Source: an uncultured bacterium (GTDB lineage: Bacteria > Fidelibacterota > Marinisomatia > Marinisomatales > Marinisomataceae). From it: a DNA stretch of 64,000 nt. The position numbers and the translations under genes are program-made. Positions 7,452 through 17,344 of this stretch are shown here, piece after piece. Under the pieces are notes generated by a model, which worked only from the letters and a program-made list of their open reading frames with translations, ran no database searches and was not told the DNA's origin. Location: assembly GCA_943788675.1 (NCBI GenBank), contig CALSRE010000002.1, positions 6,679 through 70,678 on the forward strand, given 5' to 3'. How positions within the stretch are numbered: position 1 is the first letter of the stretch; every line of letters starts with the position of its first letter.

Positions 7452-8452
7452 CTAATTTTTCAGCAATGCATTGATTTGCGTAGCAGCGTCAACAATTGCA
7501 GACTCTGACGATCTAAACTTAAATCCTAACACGTCTCGTGCGTTATTAGAATGATAGATACGTAGTATATTTATGTCTTTTAAGAAGAATGATAGTTGCT
7601 TATCAAACTTGCCTAATATTTTAGCTAATAAGGTTGGAAGATTTCTTTTGGGTGCTTTAAAGCCATTATCGTTTAATACTTTAGCAATTTCAGGGAAAAA
7701 CATATGGTTATTAGATGCAATAAAGCGTTTACCAGGAGCTTTATCGTTAATCATTGCTTCAAAATGCATATCAGCAACATCTTTAATATGAACGATATTA
7801 ATACAAATATTTAAGGTGAAAGGCATCGATCCATCAATTAAACGCTTTATACAAGATTTGAAGCACCAATATCATCTGATAAGGAATTACCAAAGACCAT
7901 AGAAGGATTAATAGCTACTGCTTCCATGTCGGTCTTCCCTTCATGTTCTTTCATAAAGTCCCATAAATATTGTTCTGCTTTGGTTTTACTGGTTTGATAC
8001 GGGCCAACATCCATGGTTAAATCCGTCCAATCCGTATCATCATACTCATTTTTATGATTTGAGCCTCCTACCGATGCAACAGAGGATGTCATGACAAAAC
8101 GTTTGATATTATTCTTTAAGGCTGCGTTAAGGCATCGTTTAATGCCATTTACGGCAGGTTTTACTACAATATCATAATCATTAGAGTTCGTAGTAGGAAT
8201 TGGTGAGGCAATATGTTGCACATAATCACATCCAGCAACTGCTTCATCCCATCCTTCATCTTTTAATAAATCCAATTCACAGAATTCAAGCATTCCTTTG
8301 GTAGACACTTCTTTTTCTACCGCATCAATCACTTCTTGTTTACGATCTAAAGAACGTAACGAGGTTCGTACTTGATACCCTTCTTGAATGAGTTTTGAGA
8401 TTAAATGTAGGGATATAAACCCTGATCCGCCGCTTACAAATACTTTTTCCAT
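7452..8452 (-). pseudogene. NAD-dependent epimerase/dehydratase (SDR, aldehyde/flavonol-reductase-like), split by one frameshift near 7826-7850
   Basis: The N-terminal ORF 7847-8452 begins MEKVFVSGGSGFISLHL (Rossmann GxxGxxG). The C-terminal ORF 7452-7826 continues the same family (IVHIKDVADMHFEAM) in another frame. Confidence 0.75.
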
Positions 8453-8535
8453 AAAGAAAGTTACAAAAATATTGAAACAAAAATGAAAACTAATATGTAG
8501 ATACAGTATGAAAGAGACATTAAGAGGCAGAACAA

Positions 8536-8712
8536 ATGGAGTTAAAAAATATGTACAATAATGTTGAAAAATTCGTGTTAGCTGGTGTAATTTTATGTAT
8601 CGGTTCCTTGTTTTTTCTAATGGATCAATCCGAAGAAGTAGAACTGTCCGATAATACCTATACAGAAAGCTTTAAAGAAGCCACTGTGGATGTAGAAGAA
8701 TTACCTCATTAG
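8536..8712 (+). CDS. Small single-TM protein (58 aa, below the ORF-track threshold), possibly the detached N-terminus of the next gene
   Basis: ATG at 8536 preceded by AAGAGG. TM VLAGVILCIGSLFFL followed by an acidic tail. TAG at 8710-8712 lies 14 nt before the next ORF. Confidence 0.35.
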   Translation: MELKNMYNNVEKFVLAGVILCIGSLFFLMDQSEEVELSDNTYTESFKEATVDVEELPH

Positions 8713-8726
8713 TTAATAACGTAAAT

Positions 8727-9023
8727 ATGGGTAATTCAGTCAATGATGAAGCCATGACTACTGAAACAGTGGCCACAATTTCAGAAGAAATTGAAACCAC
8801 CCCTGTTCCCTCTTTTAACGATGCATTTCTTGCTGCACGTAATGAATTAGGCCCAGGTCAAACCTTTGAATGGAATGGAAACATGTATTTAACTAACTAT
8901 GCAGATGAAGCATTTGAAGCGCTAAATACAGAAGTTGCTATTGAAGAAATACTAATTGATGAGACTGAACCACAACTCAGTCAAGTCGAAGATGACGAAA
9001 GCCTTGCTTACAACATACAATAA
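8727..9023 (+). CDS. Acidic protein carrying the SFxDAF...TFEWNG..Y.T motif (98 aa, no signal peptide of its own)
   Basis: Motif SFNDAFLAARNELGPGQTFEWNGNMYLT at 8811-8894. Confidence 0.5.
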   Translation: MGNSVNDEAMTTETVATISEEIETTPVPSFNDAFLAARNELGPGQTFEWNGNMYLTNYADEAFEALNTEVAIEEILIDETEPQLSQVEDDESLAYNIQ

Positions 9024-9026
9024 TAG

Positions 9027-9786
9027 TTATCTCTGATTACCTCGAGTAAAAAAAGGCGTCGCGTCGAAGGCGCCTTTTTTGTTTCCCTTAAGAAATTTTT
9101 TAACGTTTTTATAGCGTTGGCTTTTTCTAAATCCTTTATCTATAAAATCTATACATCGTTGTGAGCTATAATTAGAATACTTTCCATATAGGTTTGCTAG
9201 CGCATGTAATTCATTTACGTTATTAGATAGCTTTGACAATGACTCCATTCTCATTTTTAAGGACATTTCAACAAAAGACATTCTATTATTATCTACAAAG
9301 CTAAATACTTGCTTTGAAGAAGGAGTAATTAATATATTTCTTTTAGTTAAATCATGATGATAAATATTGTTATCATGCATATGAATAATAGTCTTTATAA
9401 ACTTTTCAATTAATTTTAAATGACTGTCAAACTGTTCAAAGACGGGAACGAGATCGAAATCATACTCATGATATTCAGTAATATAAAAACTTTCATGGAT
9501 TTGCATAGAATGCTTAGTTAACAATATACCCAATCGGCTTCGGAGAATGCAGTCCAGCTTCAATCAATTTTAAGGAAAACTCTAAAGAACGTTGTGCCTT
9601 AGGCTTTCTAAAGTTTGCATAGGCAATACGTTGTAAAAAATTAGGTGATTGGAACGATTTAACTGCAAATAACCTTCCATTGAATTCTATTTTTTTAGTT
9701 GTATTTCTATCTGAATGTATTGTTATCCCATCATTCCGATATAAGGAGTCTATGTTGCTTATTAATTCACATAGATTTGCTTTCAT
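9027..9786 (-). pseudogene. Lipopolysaccharide kinase (Kdo/WaaP/InaA) family protein, split by a frameshift near 9514-9563
   Basis: The N-terminal piece has FAVKSF...RKPKAQRSLEFSLKLIEAGLHSPKPIGYI. The C-terminal piece has the catalytic-loop-like HHDLTKRNILI. Confidence 0.55.
9048..9080 (+). terminator. Rho-independent terminator-like hairpin with flanking A and T runs
   Basis: AAAAAAAGGCG-TCGCGTCGAAG-GCGCCTTTTTT lies directly after the stop of 8727-9023. It overlaps the last codons of the convergent minus-strand gene. Confidence 0.55.
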
Positions 9787-9854
9787 TTTTTACTAAATAA
9801 GTTGATACAGAACAAATTCTATTTTTCCCCTAAAACTATATTAAAAACTTTTAA

Positions 9855-10283
9855 TTATACTTCTGGAACAGGCATATTGCTACCAAAAATTTTTTTAAGA
9901 TCTGAAAAACCGCCTATAGCAACTCCATCTACAAAAATTTGTGGTACAAAAAAATCCTCAATACCAGCTTTTTTTAGCTTTATTTTTGAAATACTATATT
10001 GATCTACGTCTACTTCTGTGAACTCAATATTTTGCTCATTTAACAATATTTTTGCACCTTTACAATACCCACACCAAGTAGCCGTAAAGATAGTAACACC
10101 TGCATCGTTAAAATCTGCTCGTGTAATAGTATCTTTTGTAAAGGTTGGATTGTTATTTTGAATAACAATAGCCTCTGTAATATCTCGTTCTTTAACCTGG
10201 TGATAAAAAAAGGTTACAAAAAAGATTCCAAATGATAATACGATGCCAAGATTTAAGGATTTAACCTTATTCATCAGTGACAA
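9855..10283 (-). CDS. Membrane-anchored glutaredoxin-like protein
   Basis: N-terminal TM, then TIFTATWCGYCKGAKILL (CxxC) and PQIFVDGVAIGGFSDL, a typical glutaredoxin fold signature. Confidence 0.8.
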   Translation of the reverse strand: MSLMNKVKSLNLGIVLSFGIFFVTFFYHQVKERDITEAIVIQNNNPTFTKDTITRADFNDAGVTIFTATWCGYCKGAKILLNEQNIEFTEVDVDQYSISKIKLKKAGIEDFFVPQIFVDGVAIGGFSDLKKIFGSNMPVPEV

Positions 10284-10647
10284 ATACCAGCGAGATTAAT
10301 AGCAATGCAATTGGATACATTACATCTTTAGATCCAAATGGATCGCCCCATGCAATATAATGCATATAAGTAGCACCAATCATTACAATGGCAATCATTG
10401 CCGCGCCAAGTTTGGTAAGTATGTCGTATTTCATTCCTAGGAGCATGAATAAACCTCCGAAAAACTCAAATAAAACTACTAAGTAAACCAAAAATAGCGG
10501 TAAAGCATTGGTTAACCCTTCACCATTGACAATTGGCCACTTTCCCATTCCTGCTTTAATGAAAACAAAGGCTAGTAATATTCTCATAAAACACATTACC
10601 CATTTTCTATAATAGGTTAAATCTATATCACAACATAATTTATTCAT
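10267..10647 (-). CDS. DoxX-family membrane protein
   Basis: Four hydrophobic helices. RILLAFVFIKAGMGKW and LVVLFEFFGGLFMLLG resemble DoxX. The true start is probably an internal Met. Confidence 0.65.
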   Translation of the reverse strand: MNKLCCDIDLTYYRKWVMCFMRILLAFVFIKAGMGKWPIVNGEGLTNALPLFLVYLVVLFEFFGGLFMLLGMKYDILTKLGAAMIAIVMIGATYMHYIAWGDPFGSKDVMYPIALLLISLVFVTDE

Positions 10648-10658
10648 AATTTGCTTCC

Positions 10659-10886
10659 TTATAAGTTTAAATGAGTACCATCACAATATGGTGCATTTTT
10701 TGACTGTTTACAACCACATAAATAAGTTTCTTTACTCTCATCAGCTTTAAAAACTACCGGTTGTATATCTGTTTTGGCATGACTTCCGTCACAAAATGGT
10801 TGATTGTCAGACTCTGCGCATGCACACCATGCATAATTCTTATCTTTATCTAGCGATACTGCATTTGGTTCATTGTTATTACTCAT
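10659..10886 (-). CDS. CDGSH iron-sulfur domain protein (two CDGSH motifs, 75 aa)
   Basis: CACAESDNQPFCDGSH and CGCKQSKNAPYCDGTH. Confidence 0.85.
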   Translation of the reverse strand: MSNNNEPNAVSLDKDKNYAWCACAESDNQPFCDGSHAKTDIQPVVFKADESKETYLCGCKQSKNAPYCDGTHLNL

Positions 10887-10905
10887 TCTATTTTTCCTTT
10901 CGTGT

Positions 10906-11214
10906 TTAAATACTTAGATGTGAATCGTTGCAATAAGGGAGATTTTTAGATTGCTTACAAGTGCACAAATTAACCTCTGTATCTTTTTCTGCTTTAACAA
11001 TCATTGGTTTTTCATCTTTTGCAATTAATTTTTTACCCTCTTTTTTACTAGAGATCATATTTACCTCTACAAGAGATTCTATGAGATTATCATTTTTAGC
11101 ATTAATTTTTTCATGACTACCGTCACAAAAAGGTTGATTTTCTGACTCTGCACATTGACACCATGCATAGGTTTTTCCTTTTTCAATCTTAACTAAAAAT
11201 GGTTTATTACTCAT
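10906..11214 (-). CDS. CDGSH iron-sulfur domain protein (102 aa) whose second motif is a variant CNDSH
   Basis: CQCAESENQPFCDGSH and CTCKQSKNLPYCNDSH. Confidence 0.8.
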   Translation of the reverse strand: MSNKPFLVKIEKGKTYAWCQCAESENQPFCDGSHEKINAKNDNLIESLVEVNMISSKKEGKKLIAKDEKPMIVKAEKDTEVNLCTCKQSKNLPYCNDSHLSI

Positions 11215-11318
11215 ATTGTTTATTCCTTTCTAAAAATTTGTTATGAAAAATTATAACCTAATATTAAATTTTACAAGTAGGCACAATTTTATATTATAGT
11301 AACAAAAAGAGGACTTAT

Positions 11319-11660
11319 ATGAAACAAAAAATGTGTTTTGAAGATATATGTGGCTGTACTGTTGACTCATGCCCTATCACCTATTCAATGAATATGATTG
11401 GTGGGAAATGGAGACCAATAATCATTTGTAGAATTGCACAAGATATTAATCGATTTGGTGTTTTACGTCGAAGTATTGATGGAATCAGTAAAAATATGCT
11501 TACAAGAGAATTAAGAGATCTTGAAAATAATGATATCATAAGTAGAAAAATTTTTGCTGAAATACCTCCAAGAGTTGAATATTCCTTAACGAAAAAAGGT
11601 AAGACACTTGTACCGGTATTTGATATGCTAAATGATTGGGCTCAAGACTATATTAAGTAG
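11319..11660 (+). CDS. HxlR-family winged-helix transcriptional regulator
   Basis: CPITYSMNMIGGKWRPIIICRI...RFGVLRRSIDGISKNMLTRELRDLENNDIISRK...PPRVEYSLTKKG. Divergent from the CDGSH/DoxX/Grx genes. Confidence 0.85.
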   Translation: MKQKMCFEDICGCTVDSCPITYSMNMIGGKWRPIIICRIAQDINRFGVLRRSIDGISKNMLTRELRDLENNDIISRKIFAEIPPRVEYSLTKKGKTLVPVFDMLNDWAQDYIK

Positions 11661-12243
11661 CATGCTTGCCTATCTCCCACTGAGTTCCAAGCAAAGATTT
11701 AGCTGAGTGTTTAGCATCTTCTTCTAAGCTAGTACCCATTACATCGTTCCACCGATTTAAAAAGCCAAAAAGGGCTACAACGCTCATAATTTCTAAAATA
11801 TCAGCTTCATCCCAAGAGTCATGCATTGAATTATTCAATTCTTCTGTTATGTTTACCGGGATAGAGCTGGCGGCAATAGTAAAACGTAATGCTACCTTTT
11901 CCACATTAGTAAACAACGTACTATTTTCGAAATCCCAAGCTTGCATCAATCGTTCTTTTTCCCCTCCATATCTTTCCGCTGCTCTAATTGTATGGGCTTG
12001 ACAGTATCTACAACCAGCGGTATTGCTGCTTATATAGGCGATAATACGCTTAAATTCGCTTGTTATGGTTCCAGTGTTATTCATTACTGCTTTGTTAAGA
12101 TTTACAAAGGCTTGAGCTAAATCTGGCTTTTTTTGCATGGTTAATACAGAATTAGGGCAAAATCCTAAAGTTTCATTGAAAAAAGTAACTAATTCTTGAG
12201 TTTCTTTATCTTTGATGGATGATAAAGGATGAACTAAAGGCAT
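11653..12243 (-). CDS. Carboxymuconolactone decarboxylase (AhpD-like) family peroxidase-related protein
   Basis: CRYCQAHT (CxxC-H) in a helical protein of typical length. Overlaps the convergent hxlR-like gene by 8 nt. Confidence 0.7.
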   Translation of the reverse strand: MPLVHPLSSIKDKETQELVTFFNETLGFCPNSVLTMQKKPDLAQAFVNLNKAVMNNTGTITSEFKRIIAYISSNTAGCRYCQAHTIRAAERYGGEKERLMQAWDFENSTLFTNVEKVALRFTIAASSIPVNITEELNNSMHDSWDEADILEIMSVVALFGFLNRWNDVMGTSLEEDAKHSAKSLLGTQWEIGKHAT

Positions 12244-13401
12244 TATTCCTCTTCGTTGTCAGCTTCAAGAGATTCTATTACTGGGGTAACATCAACTGGA
12301 ACGTTTTCCATCTCCATTAAATCTTGAGGTTGTCCTTGCAATTTTTGAAGGTTTCTCACCGATGGCTTAAGTCTAGCGTTGTAAGATGAAACGGAAGAAT
12401 TATATGCTTTACCTAATGATAAAATCCTAGCACCCACAGCTTGATATTTTTCCTCATAAATCTTTAAGCGATCTGTTAAATCTTTTGCAATTTGGATTGC
12501 TTGATTTGCGTTTGTGCTTAACTGAAATTGTCTCCAAGCTTCAGAGACCAAGCTTAATAATGGTAGCAATGATAATGGAGAAACAACAAATACTTTTTTA
12601 TCTGCTCCATCTAAGAAAAGCTTTCCATCATGCTTTAATGCCATTTGATATGCCGGCTCACTACCAATAAACATTACAACAAATTCGATAGGTCCATCAA
12701 ATTGTTTATAATATTCTTGTTTTGATAGATTGCGCATTAATGTTCGACAATTGTTAGCGTGCTTTACTTCTAAGGCTTTTCGTTCGGATTTATCAGCTGT
12801 ATCCATGGCACGATCAAAGGATTCAAGAGATAGTTTGGAATCAATTGGTATTTTTCCTCCGCCAGGTAGATTAATTACCATATCTGGAATACTTCTATTG
12901 CCTGTAGAAGTTTGTTCAACAAAATCGATATACTTGATCATCCCTGCTTTTTCAACCAAGTTTCGTAAAATGGTTTCTCCTAAATCTCCTGTATCTGAAC
13001 TTGATGTTAGCGCTCTACTTAAGCTATCTGTAGTTCCGATTAAATCTTTTAATTTCTCGTCTAAGCTTTCCTTTATCTTCTACCCTATCTCTTTCCACCT
13101 CAGAGATATTTTTTTGTAAGTCTTCAAGAGATTTCTTTACCGGAGTTAAAGTAAGGTCTAAGTCTTTTTTATATCCATCCCAATCTTTCTTTTGCAGTTC
13201 AGCATTTTGCTTTAATACTTCATCTAAAGCTTTCTTTGCAGCTTCTACAGCAATGTTTCCTGCTCTTTCGTTTAATAAATCTTCTTTGTCATCGGATGAT
13301 GATGTTGGCATTTTTTTACTCATTTGATACAAGGTATAACCTATCATGCTTAAGGCAGCAGAAAATACTATTATAAATAGAGATATAAAGAAAGTTTCCA
13401 T
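12243..13401 (-). pseudogene. rmuC: DNA recombination protein RmuC, split by a frameshift near 12960-13025
   Basis: The N-terminal ORF 13024-13401 has a TM plus coiled coil. The linking sequence GDLGETILRNLVEKAGM is in another frame. The C-terminal ORF 12243-12959 has DMVINLPGGGKIPIDSK...FVVMFIGSE, the RmuC nuclease-like core. Confidence 0.8.
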
Positions 13402-13439
13402 ACCAAAAATATAAGTAAAAACTATGTCTAAAAATATGT

Positions 13440-14333
13440 TTATATAGCTAGATTAATTTTCTGTTCAACAAAATGAACAATTTCAGCAGCTATATTTAAA
13501 CCAGTAGCTTTTTCAAGTCCTTGAAAACCAGGCGCTGAATTAATTTCACATATTCTAAAACCTTCTTTATCAATCAATAAATCAACACCAGCAATATCAA
13601 GATTCATAATATTTGAAGATTGAATTGCTAAAAACTCGGCATCAGAGTCGAGATCAATTGGTTGTGGAGAACCACCTCTAGTAATATTTGCTCTAAAATC
13701 TCCGTCTGAAGACTTTCGTTTCATTGCTCCTACAATCTTACCACCGATTAAGAAGACCCTTATATCAGTTCCAGCAGCATGGCTAATAAACTCTTGAATA
13801 ATAAGATTGGCCTTATCATTAACTTCCATCACCATATCAATTAATTGTTCAAAATTTGAAGGATTTTCAGCAAGATACACACCTTTTCCGTGCATTCCAC
13901 TTAGTGTTTTTACGACAACTGGAAATCCAATTCTTTTTTCAATATACTCAATATTTACAGGATTTTTTGCTAGCATAGTTCTTGGAGTTGGAATATTTGC
14001 TTGTGCTAAAATTTGCATAGTATATAATTTATCTTTAGCATTTGAAATTGCTTCTGATCCATTTACTAATAAGGACCCTAATCGCTCTAAGTGTCTTAAC
14101 ACTGCTGTTTGATACAGCGTAATATTGCTACCCATTCTAGGAATTACAAAATTAGGTATGGTAGTATATTCTTTTTCAACCAGAATAGACTTCCTATCTT
14201 CTCGTGTTACATAGATATCAATATTCGAAGGATTTACGTAGAAACATTCAATTCCAACTTTTTTAAACTCATCAATAATTTTTTGTGATTCGTATGATGG
14301 TTTCTCGCTTGATGATAATAACCAACCTTTCAT
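13440..14333 (-). CDS. RimK-type ATP-grasp ligase (alpha-L-glutamate ligase family)
   Basis: PVVVKTLSGMHGKGV, IIQEFI, DIRVFLIGGKIVGAMKR, ANITRGG and GVDLLIDKEGFRICEINSAPG. Confidence 0.8.
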   Translation of the reverse strand: MKGWLLSSSEKPSYESQKIIDEFKKVGIECFYVNPSNIDIYVTREDRKSILVEKEYTTIPNFVIPRMGSNITLYQTAVLRHLERLGSLLVNGSEAISNAKDKLYTMQILAQANIPTPRTMLAKNPVNIEYIEKRIGFPVVVKTLSGMHGKGVYLAENPSNFEQLIDMVMEVNDKANLIIQEFISHAAGTDIRVFLIGGKIVGAMKRKSSDGDFRANITRGGSPQPIDLDSDAEFLAIQSSNIMNLDIAGVDLLIDKEGFRICEINSAPGFQGLEKATGLNIAAEIVHFVEQKINLAI

Positions 14334-14421
14334 ATAACGCTCCTAGTAATGGTGAAAAAATCGTAGAAATATCATCTAAAAAAATGAAATAGCAAAAGGA
14401 ATTTTTTTTAAAAAATAATTA

Positions 14422-15084
14422 TTATTTATCTTCAAATAGAAGATTATTTGGCTTACGTACTTTATTGCGATATTGGTGACGGTCATTTTCAGCGCGATAC
14501 CCTATTGGCAACAATACGGTTGAGGTTAAATTGCGATCTTCTAAGTCCAAAATACGATCATATCCCTCTGTGCTAAATCCTTCAAATGGACAAGAATCAA
14601 TCTTCATATCTGCACAAGTTACCATTAGCTGTGAAATCGCTAAGTAACATTGTTTTTGCATCCAATTAAGTAGTTCATCTTTATTGCGATTCCCAAGATC
14701 AGTTTTTGCAATTGTGCCATAGGCAACAATCTTCGCTTTCGATTTCAGTTTATCTAAATAACCACGTTCATCATCTTGCTTTCTTGCCTCTTCCATTAAA
14801 TTAATAAATTCATCTATATGTTTTCCTTCTATCTCTTTGTAGCTGCAAAACACAAATAAATGCGAACAATCACGGATTTGAGATTGATAATAAGATTTCT
14901 TATAAAGCTTATCTTTAATTTTTTGATCGGTAACAACAATCACTTTATAGAGCTGAAATCCATAGGATGATGGCGTAAGACGCACTGCTTCCTTCAAGAT
15001 TGCAATATCTGCATCACTAACTTTCTTAGTCGAATCAAATTTTTTTGTGGCATATCTCCAATTTAAACTGTCGATTAAGCTCAC
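14422..15084 (-). CDS. Nitroreductase-family NAD(P)H oxidoreductase (GTG start)
   Basis: RYATKKFD...AVRLTPSSYGFQLYKVIVV and ...DSCPFEGF. Confidence 0.8.
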   Translation of the reverse strand: MSLIDSLNWRYATKKFDSTKKVSDADIAILKEAVRLTPSSYGFQLYKVIVVTDQKIKDKLYKKSYYQSQIRDCSHLFVFCSYKEIEGKHIDEFINLMEEARKQDDERGYLDKLKSKAKIVAYGTIAKTDLGNRNKDELLNWMQKQCYLAISQLMVTCADMKIDSCPFEGFSTEGYDRILDLEDRNLTSTVLLPIGYRAENDRHQYRNKVRKPNNLLFEDK

Positions 15085-15206
15085 TGGACACCTATTTCAG
15101 GGTATTTGATAGCTATCACTACAATTGCAGTAATAATCATAATTAACAATAATGTTAAAATAACAGCTTTTAAAATCGTGGCTTCAGATAATTCTTCTAA
15201 TTTCAT
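15081..15206 (-). CDS. Small single-TM protein (41 aa, below the ORF-track threshold)
   Basis: MKLEELSEATILKAVILTLLLIMIITAIVVIAIKYPEIGVQ. Its TGA overlaps the GTG start of the nitroreductase (GTGA). Confidence 0.35.
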   Translation of the reverse strand: MKLEELSEATILKAVILTLLLIMIITAIVVIAIKYPEIGVQ

Positions 15207-15208
15207 AC

Positions 15209-15520
15209 CTACTCTTCGACAAAATCATTAAGCCATTTTTCATAATCTTTATCAACATTTGAAGTTTGGATTGTTGAAATTTCTGGTATCTCATAATTAT
15301 GAAGCTCTTTAATAACTTTGTATACTTTTGTTTCAAGGTTTTTAGATGTTTTAATAAGCAAAATCACTTCTCTAGATTCAACAATTCTTCCGTCCATTAC
15401 ATATTTAGAGCGCATACGAGGAATCATGTTTACGCATCCAGCTAATTTCTTATTTAATAGCTCATTGGCTATCATTTTCATCACCTTATGGCTATCAGTA
15501 CTAGTTTTAATTATAATCAT
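15209..15520 (-). CDS. cutA: Divalent-cation tolerance protein CutA
   Basis: IANELLNKKLAGCVNMIP...SKYVMDGRIVESREVILLIKT...YEIPEI. Confidence 0.8.
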   Translation of the reverse strand: MIIIKTSTDSHKVMKMIANELLNKKLAGCVNMIPRMRSKYVMDGRIVESREVILLIKTSKNLETKVYKVIKELHNYEIPEISTIQTSNVDKDYEKWLNDFVEE

Positions 15521-15521
15521 C

Positions 15522-17320
15522 TTATTTGCTATCTACCCAGCTTACTACAATCTCTTCTAGCACATCCATGGTTACTGAACCATTTTTAAGCACTACATCA
15601 TGAAATTCTTGCAAAGAAAACTTATTTCCTAACTCCTGTTCAGCGTAAGCTCTTAACTCTTGCACTTTTAGCATACCAATTTTGTAAGACACTGCTTGTC
15701 CAGGCCAGACAATATGCCTTTCTACCATACCAATGCAATCTCCTTCAGGATTAGCAGTATTATTCATATAATAGTCGATTCCTTCTTCTCTAGTCCATCT
15801 ATAATGATGCACTCCAGTATCTACAACTAGTCTACATGCACGCCACAACTCGCCAGACAATCTACCAAAATCGGAATACGGATCTTTGTATAAGCCAATT
15901 TCTTTAGGTAGTGTTTCTGAGTAAAGAGCCCATCCTTCCGAATAATACGCTGTATCCTCCATACTTTCTAAAGCTTGGCATATCTTCTACTTCCAGTTGA
16001 ATAGAAATCTGCATATGATGACCAGGAATAGCTTCATGGTATGCTAAATTTTCAAGCTTGTATATGGGCATATCTTTCATGCGATACAGGTTAGCATAGT
16101 ACGTTCCAGGTCTGCTTCCATCTGCTTGACCGCGTTGGTAAAAAGCAATCCCTGCTGAAGCCTCTCTATAGGCTTCTACAGCTTTAACTTGTAGTGGAAT
16201 TGATGGTAAGCCGTAAAATAGTTCTTCAATTCTATTTGACAATGTATCAACAACAACATTTACCTGATCTAGGTACATTTGTCGTCCAACAGGTCCCTCA
16301 GGATAATAAAATTGAGGATCTTCTCTCATAAAGTCAAAAAATTCTTTTAGAGTACCCTCAAAATTTACTTTTTCCATAATTTGGTAAATTTCTTCATGAA
16401 TTCTAGCTACCTCACTTAAGCCAATCTCATGCACCTCTTCAGCTGTCAGTCCTAAGGTAGTGTATCCATCTAACGCATGCTGGTAATACTCAGCTCCGTC
16501 TTCAAACTTCCAAACCCCATGATTGTTGTCTGCTAAGCGTTTGCTGATCTTTCAGAAAATCAATAAACTTTCTGTAAGAAAAGTTTACAATAGTTAAGAG
16601 TACTGCTTCAACTTCACTTTGGTAGCGAAGTTTTTCAGCATCTGAAATATCTAACGCATTTAATTTTTTCATAAAATCTTCGTATATAACATTTTGATTT
16701 TCTACCTCTTCAAATGGATATCCAGAAATAATATTTTCTGAAGTTTTTATAGCTTGAGGATAAACAAATGCAGGTGCCAATTTTTTCACGTCTTGTCTTA
16801 ATCTTAATTGTTCCATTAAATCATCCATTAAAGGCTCTACATTGCGTAAACGACTTATGTAATCTTTAACATCTTGCACTTCATCCATACGATGATAATT
16901 AATCAGAAACGAAGGAATGCTAGAATGCTTTCCACCTCTATGTGTTACCATATATCCGTGAAAGATAAATTTATCAGAATCAATGGTTCGTTGAAGACGT
17001 TTTTCCATCAATTTGTAGCTAATCTTTGTTTCTTCATCAATCTTATCAAAATCGATATTTTTCTTCATGAACTTGAGATCATCAGCAGCTCTTCTAGAGC
17101 GTTCTTTAGATTTTTGCCAGGTAATATCATCCCATTTATCATAATTAGACTTGAAACCCAAAGATGCTTGAAATTCTGGGCTGTCTAAAACTTGATCCTG
17201 AAACACAGACTCAAAAAATTGTTGTGCTTTTTTAACCTCTGCTTCATCGACATTCGATGAGCATGAAAAAAGAGTAAAAATTGATAAGAATATTAAGTAG
17301 TATTTTTTCATTAGTAGCAA
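15522..17320 (-). pseudogene. DUF885-family lipoprotein, in three ORF pieces (shifts near 15904-15962 and 16434-16502)
   Basis: Lipoprotein signal MKKYYLIFLSIFTLFSCSS. HEAIPGHHMQ motif in the middle piece. The C-terminal piece has GWALYSE...ERHIVWPGQAVSYKIG. Confidence 0.75.
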
Positions 17321-17344
17321 TTCCTGTATTAAAGTTTTCTAAAA

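Noticed and set aside
11272-11283. The 12-mer TACAAGTAGGCA is shared between the hxlR/CDGSH intergenic region (11272-11283) and 50616-50627.
   Set aside because: A single 12-nt match is expected many times by chance in 64 kb on both strands. The flanks do not match.
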